Part shown: piece after piece, positions 10,187 through 19,753 of the stretch
Position numbering within the stretch: position 1 is the stretch's first letter
Layout of the letters: every line of letters begins with the position of its first letter
Source of the DNA: an uncultured Verrucomicrobiae bacterium
GTDB taxonomy: Bacteria; Verrucomicrobiota; Verrucomicrobiia; Limisphaerales; UBA11358
NCBI GenBank assembly: GCA_963754775.1
Contig: CAVWHM010000023.1
Coordinates: forward strand, 94,481-158,480
Direction of reading: 5' to 3'
DNA length: 64,000 bases
Notes under the pieces: model-generated
Seen by the model: only the letters and a program-made list of their open reading frames with translations
Told to the model about the DNA's origin: nothing
Databases searched by the model: none
Program-made: the position numbers and the translations under genes

Positions 10187-10797
10187 ATGAAGCAAATCTT
10201 TTTCATCACCGGCACGGACACCGGCACCGGCAAAACGGTGCTGACCGCACTGCTGGCGCGGTTTTTACGCAAACGCGGCGTGAACGTGGCCGCGCTCAAA
10301 CCGGTTTGCTCCGGCGGTCGCGACGACGCCCGCATACTGCGTGTCGCGTCGGCCGGCGTGCTTTCCCTTGACGAAATCAATCCGTGGCATTTCTGCGCGC
10401 CCATCGCTCCATTGCTTGCCGCGCGCCGCGAACAGAAGCGCGTCAGGCTCGCCGAGGTGCTCGCGCACGTTCGCGCGATGCAAAAACGCTTTGACGTTTT
10501 GCTGATCGAAGGCGCGGGCGGTTTGCTGAGCCCGCTCGGCGAAAATTTTGATTCGCGCGACCTCCTCACCGCCTTGCCCGCGACGCCGATTGTCGTCTGC
10601 CCGAACCGGCTCGGCGCGGTGAATCAAATATTGCTGACCCTCGAAGCCCTGCCGAAAAGTTTTCGGCGCATGGCGCGCGTTGTTTTGATGTCACCGCCGA
10701 AGCCGGACGTGCCACCGCTACAAACACAAAACTGCTGGCGGAATTTTTTGACGCGAAGCGGATTTTCACGCTGCCGTGGCTGGGCAGAAAATTTTGA
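10187..10797 (+). CDS. bioD: dethiobiotin synthase; one apparent frameshift near 10706
   Basis: FITGTDTGTGKT, LKPVCSGG and LLIEGAGGLLSP motifs. The natural-looking tail ATATNTKLLAEFFDAKRIFTLPWLGRKF lies in another frame and ends at TGA 10795-10797. Confidence 0.8.
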
Positions 10798-10859
10798 CGG
10801 TGGAGCAAGCTCTCCGAAATCCGGCGGATGAGCCGGCCGCTCCGCGAGCTGTTCCGAAT

Positions 10860-12932
10860 TTAATTTTTCGCCGGCGCGTTGGTGAACAGGAACGATTCCC
10901 GCCACGGCTGGTGGTTTTTGTAGAGTTGCAGCCGTTGTTGGATGCCTTCGAGGTTTTTCATTTTAGCGGCGATGGCGAGATCAAGGGCATTTTGCGTGGC
11001 GTCCAGCGCGTTGGTGAAATCGCCGGTTTCCGCGCAGGCCATGCCCAGCGCGTCGAGCACGAACGGTTGCGCGCCGCCGGTCAGCGCGTTGGCCTTGGCC
11101 GCAAGCACGAGCGCGGTTTTCCCGTCGCGAATTTCAGGATTTTCGGCGGCGGCCAGCACATGGGCGGTGTAGGCGAGGATTTGAAAATTGTCCGGGTCAA
11201 TCCGCAGCGCCGCGTGGAACTGATCCATCGCTTCGGCATCGCGGCCTTGTTTCAGCAGCGTTTTGCCCATTTCAAAATGCGGCCAGGGATAGGTCGGGTC
11301 GAGCCGCGCCGCGTTGGCGAATTCATTCATGGCTTCGCTGAACCGGCCGAGTTCGGCGAGCACACTGCCGAGGCCGTCATGCAAAGACGGAAGTTCCGGA
11401 TTCAGCCGGACGGCTTCGTGATATTCGGCCAGCGCCTGTTCCGGTTTGCCCATTTTATCCAGCAGGTTGCCGAGGTTATTGTGGGTTTGGTAACGCTCCG
11501 GCGCGAGCTTCGCGGCAGTGCGGTATTCGGCCAGCGCTTCATCCAATTTCCCTTGCTGTTCCAGTGCCACGCCGAGATTGGCATGCGCGATGTCGTTGTC
11601 CCGGGTCACGGCGAGCGCATGGCGAAAGAGCGTTTCGCTATCACACCAGAAACGCAATTGATGCTCCATGGCCAAAAGGCAGCCGCCCAAAATTAAAACC
11701 GCAACAGCGGCCACGGCAATGGGAGGAAATTGAAAGCGCGCCGCCAATTCGCGGAAGCCGAACGTGACAGCGAGGAACAGGCCGATGGAAGGAATGTAAG
11801 CGTAGCGGTCGGCCAGCGCCGCGCCGCCAACCTGCACCAGCCCGATGACCGGCACGAGTGTGCCCAAAAACCACAGCCAGCCGACGAGCAAATACGGCCA
11901 GCGCCGCCGGGCCAGCCAGACAGCGAGGGAAAGGAAAATCAAAACCGCGACCGCGGCTGCGATGGCAAACACGGGAATCTTGTCTGGCATCGGATAAATG
12001 ACGGCGAGATCGGCCGGCCAGATCATTTTCAGCAGGTAGCGCACAGCGGCGACCGGCGCGTTTTCCAAGCGATAGCGCAACGAAACTTTTGCCAGCGAGA
12101 CCACGGCTTCTCCATGTCGCTGCGCGAGAAAAGTGACAATGCAGGAAATGAGGGTGAGCAGAAAGAACGGCCACTTCTCCAACGCCAATCGCAGAACCCC
12201 TGCCACCTGCCACTTGTCCGCCGCGCTGAAGCGCTGCGAAAGCGGGTCTCCGGTCACTCGCTTGAGCGGCCAGAAGTCGAGCAGCAACATTACAAACGGC
12301 AGCGTGACGAGCATCGGTTTGGACATCAAACCGAGCGCGAAGAAAATCAGTGCCAGCCAATAGAAAGGTGACACGTGACACGTGACACGTGACAAGTCGG
12401 GCACGGGCGCGGCTTCTTTGCCAGTCACCTGCCCCCTGCTTGCCGCGCTGAAGCGGAGCGAAAGCGGGTCACTTGCCACGGATTTTGCATAGCGCACATA
12501 AGCCAGCAGGGTCAGCAGCCCGAAGAACGTGCTCAACACGTCCTTGCGTTCCGAAATCCATGCGACGGATTCAACGTGCAGCGGGTGCCAAGCGAACAGC
12601 GCGGCAACGAACGCGCCTGGCCACAACGTATTCGTCAGTCGGCGCAGCAGCGTGAAAAGCAAAACCACATTGGCCGCATGGAACAGGACGTTGACCAGAT
12701 GCTGCGCGCCGGGGTTCAACCCGAACAGTTCGCAATCCAGCATGTGCGAAAGCCAGGTGAGCGGATGCCAGTTGCCCGCATGTGCGGTCGTGAAGGCCCA
12801 TTCGACGCCGGCCCAGGTCAGGCCGTTTTGGACAACCTGATTCCCGGTGACGTAATCGTCGTCGTCATAGACCAGGAAGTTGTGGCGGCATACCGGCAGA
12901 TAAACCAGCAGTGTGACCAGCGCGAGCAACAA
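10860..12932 (-). CDS. TMTC-like protein: N-terminal PMT_2/GT-C-type polytopic membrane domain plus C-terminal TPR repeats
   Basis: 690-aa intact ORF. It has the acidic first-loop motif NFLVYDDDDYVTGN, typical of PMT/TMTC-type mannosyltransferases, followed by many TM segments. The C-terminal half is TPR repeats (AIAHANLGVALEQQGKLDEALAEYRTA... and so on). It contains three in-frame repeat inserts (see 12199-12476). Confidence 0.7.
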   Translation of the reverse strand: MLLALVTLLVYLPVCRHNFLVYDDDDYVTGNQVVQNGLTWAGVEWAFTTAHAGNWHPLTWLSHMLDCELFGLNPGAQHLVNVLFHAANVVLLFTLLRRLTNTLWPGAFVAALFAWHPLHVESVAWISERKDVLSTFFGLLTLLAYVRYAKSVASDPLSLRFSAASRGQVTGKEAAPVPDLSRVTCHVSPFYWLALIFFALGLMSKPMLVTLPFVMLLLDFWPLKRVTGDPLSQRFSAADKWQVAGVLRLALEKWPFFLLTLISCIVTFLAQRHGEAVVSLAKVSLRYRLENAPVAAVRYLLKMIWPADLAVIYPMPDKIPVFAIAAAVAVLIFLSLAVWLARRRWPYLLVGWLWFLGTLVPVIGLVQVGGAALADRYAYIPSIGLFLAVTFGFRELAARFQFPPIAVAAVAVLILGGCLLAMEHQLRFWCDSETLFRHALAVTRDNDIAHANLGVALEQQGKLDEALAEYRTAAKLAPERYQTHNNLGNLLDKMGKPEQALAEYHEAVRLNPELPSLHDGLGSVLAELGRFSEAMNEFANAARLDPTYPWPHFEMGKTLLKQGRDAEAMDQFHAALRIDPDNFQILAYTAHVLAAAENPEIRDGKTALVLAAKANALTGGAQPFVLDALGMACAETGDFTNALDATQNALDLAIAAKMKNLEGIQQRLQLYKNHQPWRESFLFTNAPAKN
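12199..12476. repeat. cluster of intragenic repeats inside the TMTC-like gene: two copies of a roughly 57-bp element plus a (GTGACAC)n heptamer run
   Basis: Copy A is 12199-12257 and copy B is 12421-12476. They share the core gccgcgctgaagcgSWgcgaaagcgggtc (27/29) and encode DPLSQRFSAADKWQVAG and DPLSLRFSAASRGQVTG. The run gtgacacgtgacacgtgacacgtgacaag at 12367-12398 encodes SRVTCHVS. The ORF stays open. Confidence 0.7.
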
Positions 12933-13255
12933 ACCGATGAGGCGTGGACGGGCCTTCGCCGCGCCGACTGTCCGCCATAGCCTTGGCGACGGCGGAAGGG
13001 ATTGTGTTGGAAAGCCGCCCCGGCGCCTGCCGGGCAGGTTTCCTGGCTTTCGCGGTTCTGGCTTCGGCCACGCAGGCGGGACATCGGCTTTCTTTTAAGC
13101 CATTTTGCCCGCCCGGCAAGCGTAGAGAATTTTTTCCCGCAAAAAGGCTTGGCATTCCTCCGCGCGGCGATTAATAATTTGTCCGGCAGGTAGAGGCTCG
13201 ACCGCCTGCCGCTTGGCCGCTACATCGGTTCCTCACGACCAAGTTACCAGTCGTT

Positions 13256-13990
13256 ATGATGAGCGGATTTTCGTTTATCGTCGTGGGGGCCGCTTCGAAT
13301 CAGGCGGAACTCATCTACGTTTGGAAACAGGCGACGCCCGAAGGCAAGGCCGTCATCGCCTGTCTCTTCGTCTTTTCCATCATCGCGTGGTCGGTAATGA
13401 CGTCCAAGGCCCTGCAAATGCGCCGCGCCCGGAAGCTGAACCTGTATTTTTCCACGGAGTTTCGCGCCCAGAAATCCGTGCTGGAAATTTTCGACCGCAG
13501 CCTGCAGGTCGAAGGCTGCCCGCTGTTCATGGTTTATCAGGTGGGCTGCACGCAACTGGACGCGCGGTTGCGCGGTCCCGGCGGCGACCGGCGCAAGCAA
13601 CGCGTCACGCTCAAGAACATGGAACACGTCAAACGCGCCATCGAAAACGTCGTCGCGCAGGAATCGTTGAAACTGGAATCGGGTTTGATCTGGCTCGCCA
13701 TTGCCGTGAGCGGCGCGCCGTTCCTCGGTCTGCTCGGCACGGTTTGGGGCGTGATGAGCGCGTTCGGCGGCATTGCGCAGGCGCCGCAGGGCGCGGCCAC
13801 GCTCGCCGCGATGGCGCCCGGTGTGGCGGCGGCGCTCATCACCACCGTCGCGGGCCTGCTGGTGGCGATTCCCTCGATGTTCGGTTACAACTGGCTCGTG
13901 CACAATCTGCGCGTGTTCACCGTCGGCCTCGACAATTTTGCGCAGGAACTGGTTTCCAAAATGGAGGCGGAGTATCTGGAGGAAGAATGA
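13256..13990 (+). CDS. tolQ: MotA/TolQ/ExbB-family proton channel (TolQ by context)
   Basis: 244-aa ORF with GAPFLGLLGTVWGVMSAF and PGVAAALITTVAGLLVAIP, the TolQ/ExbB signatures. It is followed by tolR, tolA-like, tolB and pal. Confidence 0.8.
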   Translation: MMSGFSFIVVGAASNQAELIYVWKQATPEGKAVIACLFVFSIIAWSVMTSKALQMRRARKLNLYFSTEFRAQKSVLEIFDRSLQVEGCPLFMVYQVGCTQLDARLRGPGGDRRKQRVTLKNMEHVKRAIENVVAQESLKLESGLIWLAIAVSGAPFLGLLGTVWGVMSAFGGIAQAPQGAATLAAMAPGVAAALITTVAGLLVAIPSMFGYNWLVHNLRVFTVGLDNFAQELVSKMEAEYLEEE

Positions 13991-13995
13991 GAAAC

Positions 13996-14066
13996 GTGAC
14001 AAGTGATATGTGGCATGTGACACGGAATGTGACTTGTCTTGTCACCTGTCACCTGTCACTCGTCAC
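13996..14066. repeat. palindromic array of GTGAC / GTCAC units in the tolQ-tolR spacer
   Basis: GTGAC occurs at 13996, 14017 and 14029 (with GTGAT at 14003). Four GTCAC units at 7-bp spacing follow at 14041, 14048, 14055 and 14062. The two halves can pair as a long imperfect hairpin. Confidence 0.7.
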
Positions 14067-14075
14067 ATAAAAAAC

Positions 14076-14489
14076 ATGAGACGATTTTCACAACGCAGTT
14101 ATCTCGTGACGTTGAGCGAAATCAACATCACGCCGCTGCTCGACCTCGCGTTCGTGCTGCTCATCATCTTCGTCATCACCACGCCGCTGCTGGAGCAGAG
14201 CATCAACCTCAAGCTCCCGCGCGGCGGCCAGCCGGACAAATCGGTGAACAAACGCGACATCCGCACCGTCGAAATCAGCAACACGGGCGTTTATGCGCTC
14301 GACCGGCAGCGGATGCCGTTCAACGAATTGATGGCGCGGCTGGCGGCGGAATCCCGCTCGAACCCAAACCTTATTGTTTACATCCGCGCGGACGGGGACG
14401 GGCCTTACAAAAACGTTGCGGACTTGTTTGATGGCTGCCAGCGCTATGGCATCACGCGCTATTCGCTCCGCACCGAACCGGCGAAATGA
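14076..14489 (+). CDS. tolR: ExbD/TolR-family protein
   Basis: MRRFSQRSYLVTLSEINITPLLDLAFVLLIIFVI...IVYIRADGDGPYKNVADLFD. I take the internal ATG at 14076, because the upstream part of ORF 14010.. is encoded by the GTGAC repeat. Confidence 0.8.
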   Translation: MRRFSQRSYLVTLSEINITPLLDLAFVLLIIFVITTPLLEQSINLKLPRGGQPDKSVNKRDIRTVEISNTGVYALDRQRMPFNELMARLAAESRSNPNLIVYIRADGDGPYKNVADLFDGCQRYGITRYSLRTEPAK

Positions 14490-15300
14490 ACCGACTGCAA
14501 AAAAAATGCGCAATCGCGACGGCGGGCTTTCACCTGCTGCTGCTCGTAATTTTGATCGTCGGGCCTGGCTTCTTCGCGCCGAAACCCAAGGCCGACGACC
14601 TGCAGATTCTGGATGTCATCCCGGCCAACTTGATTGACGCGGCGTTCAACAGCGGTGTGCGCAACGCCCAGCCGCCCCCGCCGGCGGTTCAACCGGCACC
14701 GCAACCGCCCGCGCCGCAGCCCGTCGTCACGCCCCGCCCGCGCCGCCCAAAGTGGAGACGCCGGAACCCATCAAGCCGGTCGTGAAGGCGCTGACCCCGG
14801 AGCCGAAGCCCGCGGAAAAACCGAAAATTCAAATCAGCACACAATTGGTCACGCGCACTGCGTTGAAAAATCTGACCACGAATCCGACGGATGATTCGCG
14901 CCGGCAACAGCGGTTACGGCAGCAGGCGTTCCAAAATGCCGTTCGGAGTTTGCGAAACAATCTTACTTCCACCACGACAATTGACATGCCGGGCAACAGC
15001 AGCGTGGCTTACGCCAATTACGCCTCCGTGGTAAAGAGCGTTTATGAACAGGCGTGGGTGCCGCCGGACGACGCCCAAAACGACGATGCCAATGTCAAGG
15101 TCACCGTCACCATCGCCCGTGATGGTACGGTGAATTCCACCCGCATCCTTACGCCGTCGGGCGACGCGGGGGTGGATGCCTCCGTGCAGCGCACCCTGGA
15201 CCGCGTTACCTTCATCGCGCCGTTCCCGGAAGGTACAACGGAGCCGGAACGGACTTACACCATCAACTTCAACCTCAAAGCCAAACGATCGCTGGGATGA
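14486..15300 (+). CDS. tolA: TolA/TonB-like energy transducer (TM anchor, Pro-rich linker, TonB_C-like domain); one frameshift near 14745
   Basis: N-terminal TM (AIATAGFHLLLLVILIV), then a PPPPAVQPAPQPPAPQP linker. ORF 14752.. supplies the C-domain (YASVVKSVYEQAWVPP...VKVTVTIARDGTV...). Its start shares ATGA with the tolR stop. Confidence 0.65.
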
Positions 15301-16478
15301 AAAAAAATTGCCTTCAACTGATTAAGATTTGCCTGCCGGTTCTCCTTTTTGCCGCCGTGATTGCGCGCGGCCAGAACGAGATCACCATCGAACAAAACAT
15401 TACCGTCATGGGGATGACGAAACCAATTCCGGTTTCACTGGAAGGGTTCACCGGTGAAACTTTGGACGTTTTGAAATTCGATCTTTACGTGCAGGGTTTC
15501 AGCTTTGTCGGTCCCGACGCCGCGCAATACCTCATCAGCGGCAGCAACGCCGGCAACGTGCAGGGCCGGGTTACGGATCGCTTTGCCAAAAGTTCGCTGC
15601 TCGCGCGCAGTTATACCGGCGCGTCGTTGCGGCGGGAGGCGCACGCGTTCGCCGATGACATCGTACTGGCCATCACCGGCAAAAAAGGCATCGCGCAGAC
15701 GAAAATCGCGTTCAAGGACGAAGCCCCCGACGGCGCCGGCGAAATTTACGTTGCGGATTTCGACGGCCACAATCCGCAGGCCGTCACCCATGACGGCGAC
15801 ATCGTGGCCGCGCCCGCGTGGGTGCCCGGCCGGCTCGCGGTTTATTACACCTCCTACAAGCTCGGCAACCCGGACATTTTTTATCACGACCTCACCACCG
15901 GTCAGCGCCGCGCCATCGCGCGCTATTCCGGCTTGAACTCCAGCGCCGCCGTTTCGCCGGACGGCACGAAGGTGGCGATGATCCTGAGCAAAGGAGGCAG
16001 CCCGAATGTTTATGTCTGCAACGCCGACGGCACGGGCCTGAAAAAATTGACGGCCACGAGCGAAGATTCGTCGCCGTGCTGGTCGCCGGACGGACAGTGG
16101 ATTTGTTTCGCAACCAAGATCAACGCGCGGCGGTTGCTGGCCAAAGTGCCGGCGGGCGGCGGCGGGGTCCAAACCCTCAGAACCGTCGGCGTCTCGAATC
16201 CGACCGAACCCGACTGGTCGCCGGACGGCAAATGGATCGCGTTCACGTCGCAGATGGGCGAATTCGACGTGTGTGTTGTGCCCGCCAGCGGCGGCACGGT
16301 CACGGTCCTGGTGCCGGGCGAAGATCCGTCATGGGCGCCGAACTCCCGGACACTGATTTATGCGCGGCGCACGACTTCCTACCGGTATGTGCTGTCTTTG
16401 CTTGACGCCCCGACGAAACAAGTCAAAGATATCGCCCGAGTTTCGGGAAGTGATTCCCAACCCGCTTGGGCGAGGTGA
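15297..16478 (+). CDS. tolB: TolB-like periplasmic beta-propeller protein
   Basis: 393-aa intact ORF with a signal peptide and repeated PD40-type motifs (SPDGTKVAM, WSPDGQWICF, WSPDGKWIAF). Confidence 0.8.
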   Translation: MKKNCLQLIKICLPVLLFAAVIARGQNEITIEQNITVMGMTKPIPVSLEGFTGETLDVLKFDLYVQGFSFVGPDAAQYLISGSNAGNVQGRVTDRFAKSSLLARSYTGASLRREAHAFADDIVLAITGKKGIAQTKIAFKDEAPDGAGEIYVADFDGHNPQAVTHDGDIVAAPAWVPGRLAVYYTSYKLGNPDIFYHDLTTGQRRAIARYSGLNSSAAVSPDGTKVAMILSKGGSPNVYVCNADGTGLKKLTATSEDSSPCWSPDGQWICFATKINARRLLAKVPAGGGGVQTLRTVGVSNPTEPDWSPDGKWIAFTSQMGEFDVCVVPASGGTVTVLVPGEDPSWAPNSRTLIYARRTTSYRYVLSLLDAPTKQVKDIARVSGSDSQPAWAR

Positions 16479-16527
16479 TTTTGAATTTTTTAAGAACTTT
16501 TAACTGAAATTTAACCAAAGCTAAAAT

Positions 16528-17118
16528 ATGAAAACGACAAAACTGATTTTCCCACTGGTGCTCGCGCTGGCCGCCACTCTCGCCACGACGGGCTGCAAAC
16601 ACAAACCGGTTGGCGTTACGCAACTGCCCGGGCAAAAACCAATGGTCGGCGAAAATAACAATCCCCCCACTTTGCCGAATACTCAGCCCATCAATCCGGA
16701 AAACCAGCCTGGCGCTACGCCGCTGGCCAATCCGGACGTGTTCGACAACATGCTGGCCGACCGCGCAGCACTCGCGGCGTACACAATTCATTTCGCCTAT
16801 GACAGCTCCGCAATCCGGAGCAGCGAGAAGGCGAACCTGGCCTCGGTCGCCCAGCAATTGAGCGGCGATGCCAGCACCAAGCTGCTCATCGAGGGCAATT
16901 GCGACGAACGCGGCACCGAGGAATACAACCGGTCGCTCGGCGAACGCCGTGCGCTGGCGGCGCGCGAAGCGCTGGCCAAACTGGGCGTTGACCCGATGCG
17001 CGTCGAGACCCGGAGTTTCGGCAAGGACAAGCCGGTGGATCCAGGCCACGACGAATCCGGCTGGGCCAAGAACCGGCGCGACGATTTCGTGCTCCTGCAT
17101 CCGAAGCCAGGCTCGTAA
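16528..17118 (+). CDS. pal: peptidoglycan-associated lipoprotein (OmpA-family)
   Basis: Lipobox LATTGC. OmpA-like domain: IHFAYDSSAI...LIEGNCDERGTEEYNRSLGERRA...NRRDDFVLL. Confidence 0.85.
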   Translation: MKTTKLIFPLVLALAATLATTGCKHKPVGVTQLPGQKPMVGENNNPPTLPNTQPINPENQPGATPLANPDVFDNMLADRAALAAYTIHFAYDSSAIRSSEKANLASVAQQLSGDASTKLLIEGNCDERGTEEYNRSLGERRALAAREALAKLGVDPMRVETRSFGKDKPVDPGHDESGWAKNRRDDFVLLHPKPGS

Positions 17119-17127
17119 TCTTAATTT

Positions 17128-17195
17128 GGGAGGGACGCCGTGCCGGCGTCCCTGATTTGCCGAAAAGTTTGGGACGGCGGCACGCCGTCCCTCCC
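17128..17195. repeat. double GC-rich hairpin element after pal (same GGGACGCC family); possible terminator
   Basis: gggagGGACGCCGtgcCGGCGTCCc (17128-17152) and gGGACGGCGgcaCGCCGTCCctccc (17171-17195). Each is a hairpin, and the two are near reverse complements of each other. Confidence 0.6.
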
Positions 17196-17258
17196 GGCTT
17201 TTTGCCGCTTTACTATTTCCTGGAACGGGCGTAGCCTTGGTGAGGCTCGACAAAACTT

Positions 17259-17531
17259 ATGAATGCCATGTTAGCAGCTTTTCTCGGCGGATGGGATTGG
17301 GTCATCGTGGCTTTGGCCGTTCTGCTTTTGTTTGGCGCCAAACGCATCCCCGATTTGGCCCGCAGTCTGGGCCAGAGCATCAAGGAATTCAAGAAAGGGG
17401 CGCGCGAAGTGACGGATGAAATTCAAAACGCAGCGAATGAGCCGCCCGCCCCGCCGAACAAATCCGTGAAGAATGGCCAGTCGCAGCCCGGCCAAGCCGC
17501 TTCGCAGCCTTCCAACCCGCCGAAGTCCTGA
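17259..17531 (+). CDS. tatA: twin-arginine translocase TatA/E-family protein
   Basis: GGWDWVIVALAVLLLFGAKRIPDLARSLGQSIKEFKKG is the canonical TatA N-terminus. Confidence 0.85.
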   Translation: MNAMLAAFLGGWDWVIVALAVLLLFGAKRIPDLARSLGQSIKEFKKGAREVTDEIQNAANEPPAPPNKSVKNGQSQPGQAASQPSNPPKS

Positions 17532-17551
17532 ACGGCGGAGAATTTCTCGGC

Positions 17552-18559
17552 ATGGCCGGCGAAAATGAACCGGAACGTCCCGACAGGGCCGAAGGCGGCC
17601 CGGTCAAAACCTTTCTCGAACACCTCGAAGATTTCCGCTGGGTGCTCATCAAGAGCATCGTCGCGCTGTTTTTGGGAATGTTGATCTGTCTGTTTGCGGC
17701 CAACGACGTCGTCCGCATCGTCAAGTGGCCGTTGACGCATGCTTGGATTCATTACTCCGGCACCAACCAGATCGTCACCGTGAGCTTCGGCACGAACCGT
17801 CTCGGCAATTTTCCGCTCACGCCCGAACAGCAGCAATCGCTGGACCTCGGCACGAACCGTTTTGTGGCCGTTGAAGTCGAGCCGCTGGTTATTGGCACCA
17901 ACCGCGTGCTCGGCTGGCGGGTCAATCACGACCCGAATGTGGCCGACGACGCGCAGCGGGCCAGAATTGACTTGATCAACCTCAGTCCGGCGGGCGGATT
18001 CGTCGTCGCGTTCCAGGTCGCCCTGTATGGCGGCGCAGTGCTGGCGTCGCCGTTTATATTTTACTTCGTCGTTGCCTTCGCCTTCCCGGCGCTGAAATTG
18101 CGCGAAAGAAAATACGTTTATCGCGGCCTGGCCATCGGCATCGGTCTGTTCCTTGCGGGCGTGGCCTTTTGTTATTTCGCCCTGATGCCGGTGGCGCTGT
18201 CGGCGGCGCAACTGTATTCACAATGGCTTGGTTTCGGCGCGTTTCAATGGCGGGCGGAGGATTACATCAGCTTTGTCTGCAAGTTCATGCTCGGCATGGG
18301 GCTGGGCTTCGAACTGCCGGTGGTGATTTTGACGCTGGTGAAAATCGGCGTGCTCAGCTACCGCACGTTATCGAAGGCGCGGCGTTACATGATCATCATC
18401 AATTTGATACTCGGCGCGGTGCTCACCACGCCCGAACCGATCACGATGCTGGTCATGTTCGTGCCGTTGCAATTGCTTTACGAAATCACCGTCTGGATTG
18501 CGTGGTATTGGGACCGGAAAGAAAGAAAACGGGCTTTACATCCGGCGGATTCCGCGTAA
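17552..18559 (+). CDS. tatC: twin-arginine translocase subunit TatC with an enlarged first periplasmic loop
   Basis: FLEHLEDFRWVLIKSIVALFLG start plus 6 TM-like segments. At 335 aa it is longer than the roughly 250 aa I recall as typical, because of an insert of about 80 aa with four GTN(R/Q) repeats. Confidence 0.8.
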   Translation: MAGENEPERPDRAEGGPVKTFLEHLEDFRWVLIKSIVALFLGMLICLFAANDVVRIVKWPLTHAWIHYSGTNQIVTVSFGTNRLGNFPLTPEQQQSLDLGTNRFVAVEVEPLVIGTNRVLGWRVNHDPNVADDAQRARIDLINLSPAGGFVVAFQVALYGGAVLASPFIFYFVVAFAFPALKLRERKYVYRGLAIGIGLFLAGVAFCYFALMPVALSAAQLYSQWLGFGAFQWRAEDYISFVCKFMLGMGLGFELPVVILTLVKIGVLSYRTLSKARRYMIIINLILGAVLTTPEPITMLVMFVPLQLLYEITVWIAWYWDRKERKRALHPADSA

Positions 18560-18592
18560 ACTGTGTTTGTAAAAATAACAAATCGAGAATTT

Positions 18593-18805
18593 ATGCATAA
18601 AGCAATGCCCTTTCTCACTGTAGCCGCCCTTGCCACCTTGTTTGTGTCCGGTTGCGCCACACACGAACCAAAACTCGGAAGCGGCATAAAAAACTATTAC
18701 ATAGACACGGACACCTACTCCGGTTTCAGCAACGGCGAAGTCAACATCGTCGACGTTATATCGACCTTCGGTTTTGGTAGCCGGTTCAAAGTATTCGACA
18801 ATTGA
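18593..18805 (+). CDS. small hypothetical lipoprotein (low GC)
   Basis: MHKAMPFLTVAALATLFVSGC is a signal peptide with lipobox. No family recognised. Confidence 0.45.
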   Translation: MHKAMPFLTVAALATLFVSGCATHEPKLGSGIKNYYIDTDTYSGFSNGEVNIVDVISTFGFGSRFKVFDN

Positions 18806-18874
18806 CCGTGCCTGAATCCGCTTTCATCAACGCGCCAACCATCATCCGTTGGCGCGTTTTTCTTTTGTGAGACC

Positions 18875-19747
18875 ATGGCGCTCGAAAAGAAATCCCCCTG
18901 CAAGGTCAATTTGCTGCTGAATATCCTGGGCAAACGGCACGACGGTTTTCACGAACTTGAAACCGTTATGCAACCGGTCAACCTTTTTGACGAAATCCGT
19001 TTCGAACGCGGTGGAAATGGAATTCAGCTCACCTGCGATGAACCCGCCTTGCCGGTTGACTCCAAAAATCTCGTTCATCGGGCGGCGGATGCGTTCCGCC
19101 GGGCGGTGAAAATTTCGGACGGTATCCGCATCCGGCTGGGGAAAAAAATTCCGTTGGCCGCCGGACTCGGCGGGGGCAGCGGCAACGCCGCCACGACCTT
19201 GCTCGCGTTGAACGAACTGTTCGACCAACCGCTCTCAGCCGCAATCCTGACCAAACTGGCCGCGTCGCTCGGCTCGGACGTCCCGTTCTTCCTGCAAAAC
19301 CGGCCAGCGCTTGCCACCGGGCGGGGCGAGAAAATCCAGCCCTTGGATTTCTTTCCAGCGCTGCACGGCAAGGCCCTCCTGCTGATTCATCCCGGCTTCG
19401 GCATCTCGACGGTTTGGGCATATCAAGGCCTCGCGCGGTTTCCGGCGGCATTGAACGGCCGGCGTGGCCGCGCGGAAAAATTGGTTTCCTTGCTTCAGGC
19501 CGGGGATTTGCGGGCCGGCGGCGGCGAATTTTACAATGCCCTCGAGGCGCCTGCGTTCGAAAAATATCCCGTGCTCGCGCTGTTTCAGGAGTTCCTGCGC
19601 GCGAGCGGCGCGCTCGCCGCGCTCATGTCCGGCAGCGGTTCGACGACGTTTGCCATCGCCGAAAACCGGACAGCCGCCGAATCGTTGGTGGAAAAATTCA
19701 AATCAAAATTCGGGCAGAACTGCTGGACCGCGGTGGTGCCAATTTGA
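18875..19747 (+). CDS. ispE: 4-diphosphocytidyl-2-C-methyl-D-erythritol kinase
   Basis: KVNLLLNILGKRHDGFHELETVM and KKIPLAAGLGGGSGNAATTLLALN (GHMP kinase motif). Confidence 0.9.
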   Translation: MALEKKSPCKVNLLLNILGKRHDGFHELETVMQPVNLFDEIRFERGGNGIQLTCDEPALPVDSKNLVHRAADAFRRAVKISDGIRIRLGKKIPLAAGLGGGSGNAATTLLALNELFDQPLSAAILTKLAASLGSDVPFFLQNRPALATGRGEKIQPLDFFPALHGKALLLIHPGFGISTVWAYQGLARFPAALNGRRGRAEKLVSLLQAGDLRAGGGEFYNALEAPAFEKYPVLALFQEFLRASGALAALMSGSGSTTFAIAENRTAAESLVEKFKSKFGQNCWTAVVPI

Positions 19748-19753
19748 AGGCAG

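Noticed and set aside
13256-14489. MotA/ExbB-like plus ExbD-like pair as a possible Zorya-type or other MotAB-based defence module
   Set aside because: They are followed directly by a TonB/TolA-like gene, a TolB beta-propeller and a Pal lipoprotein, which is the canonical Tol-Pal operon. No large ZorA-like tail or associated nuclease or helicase genes are present.
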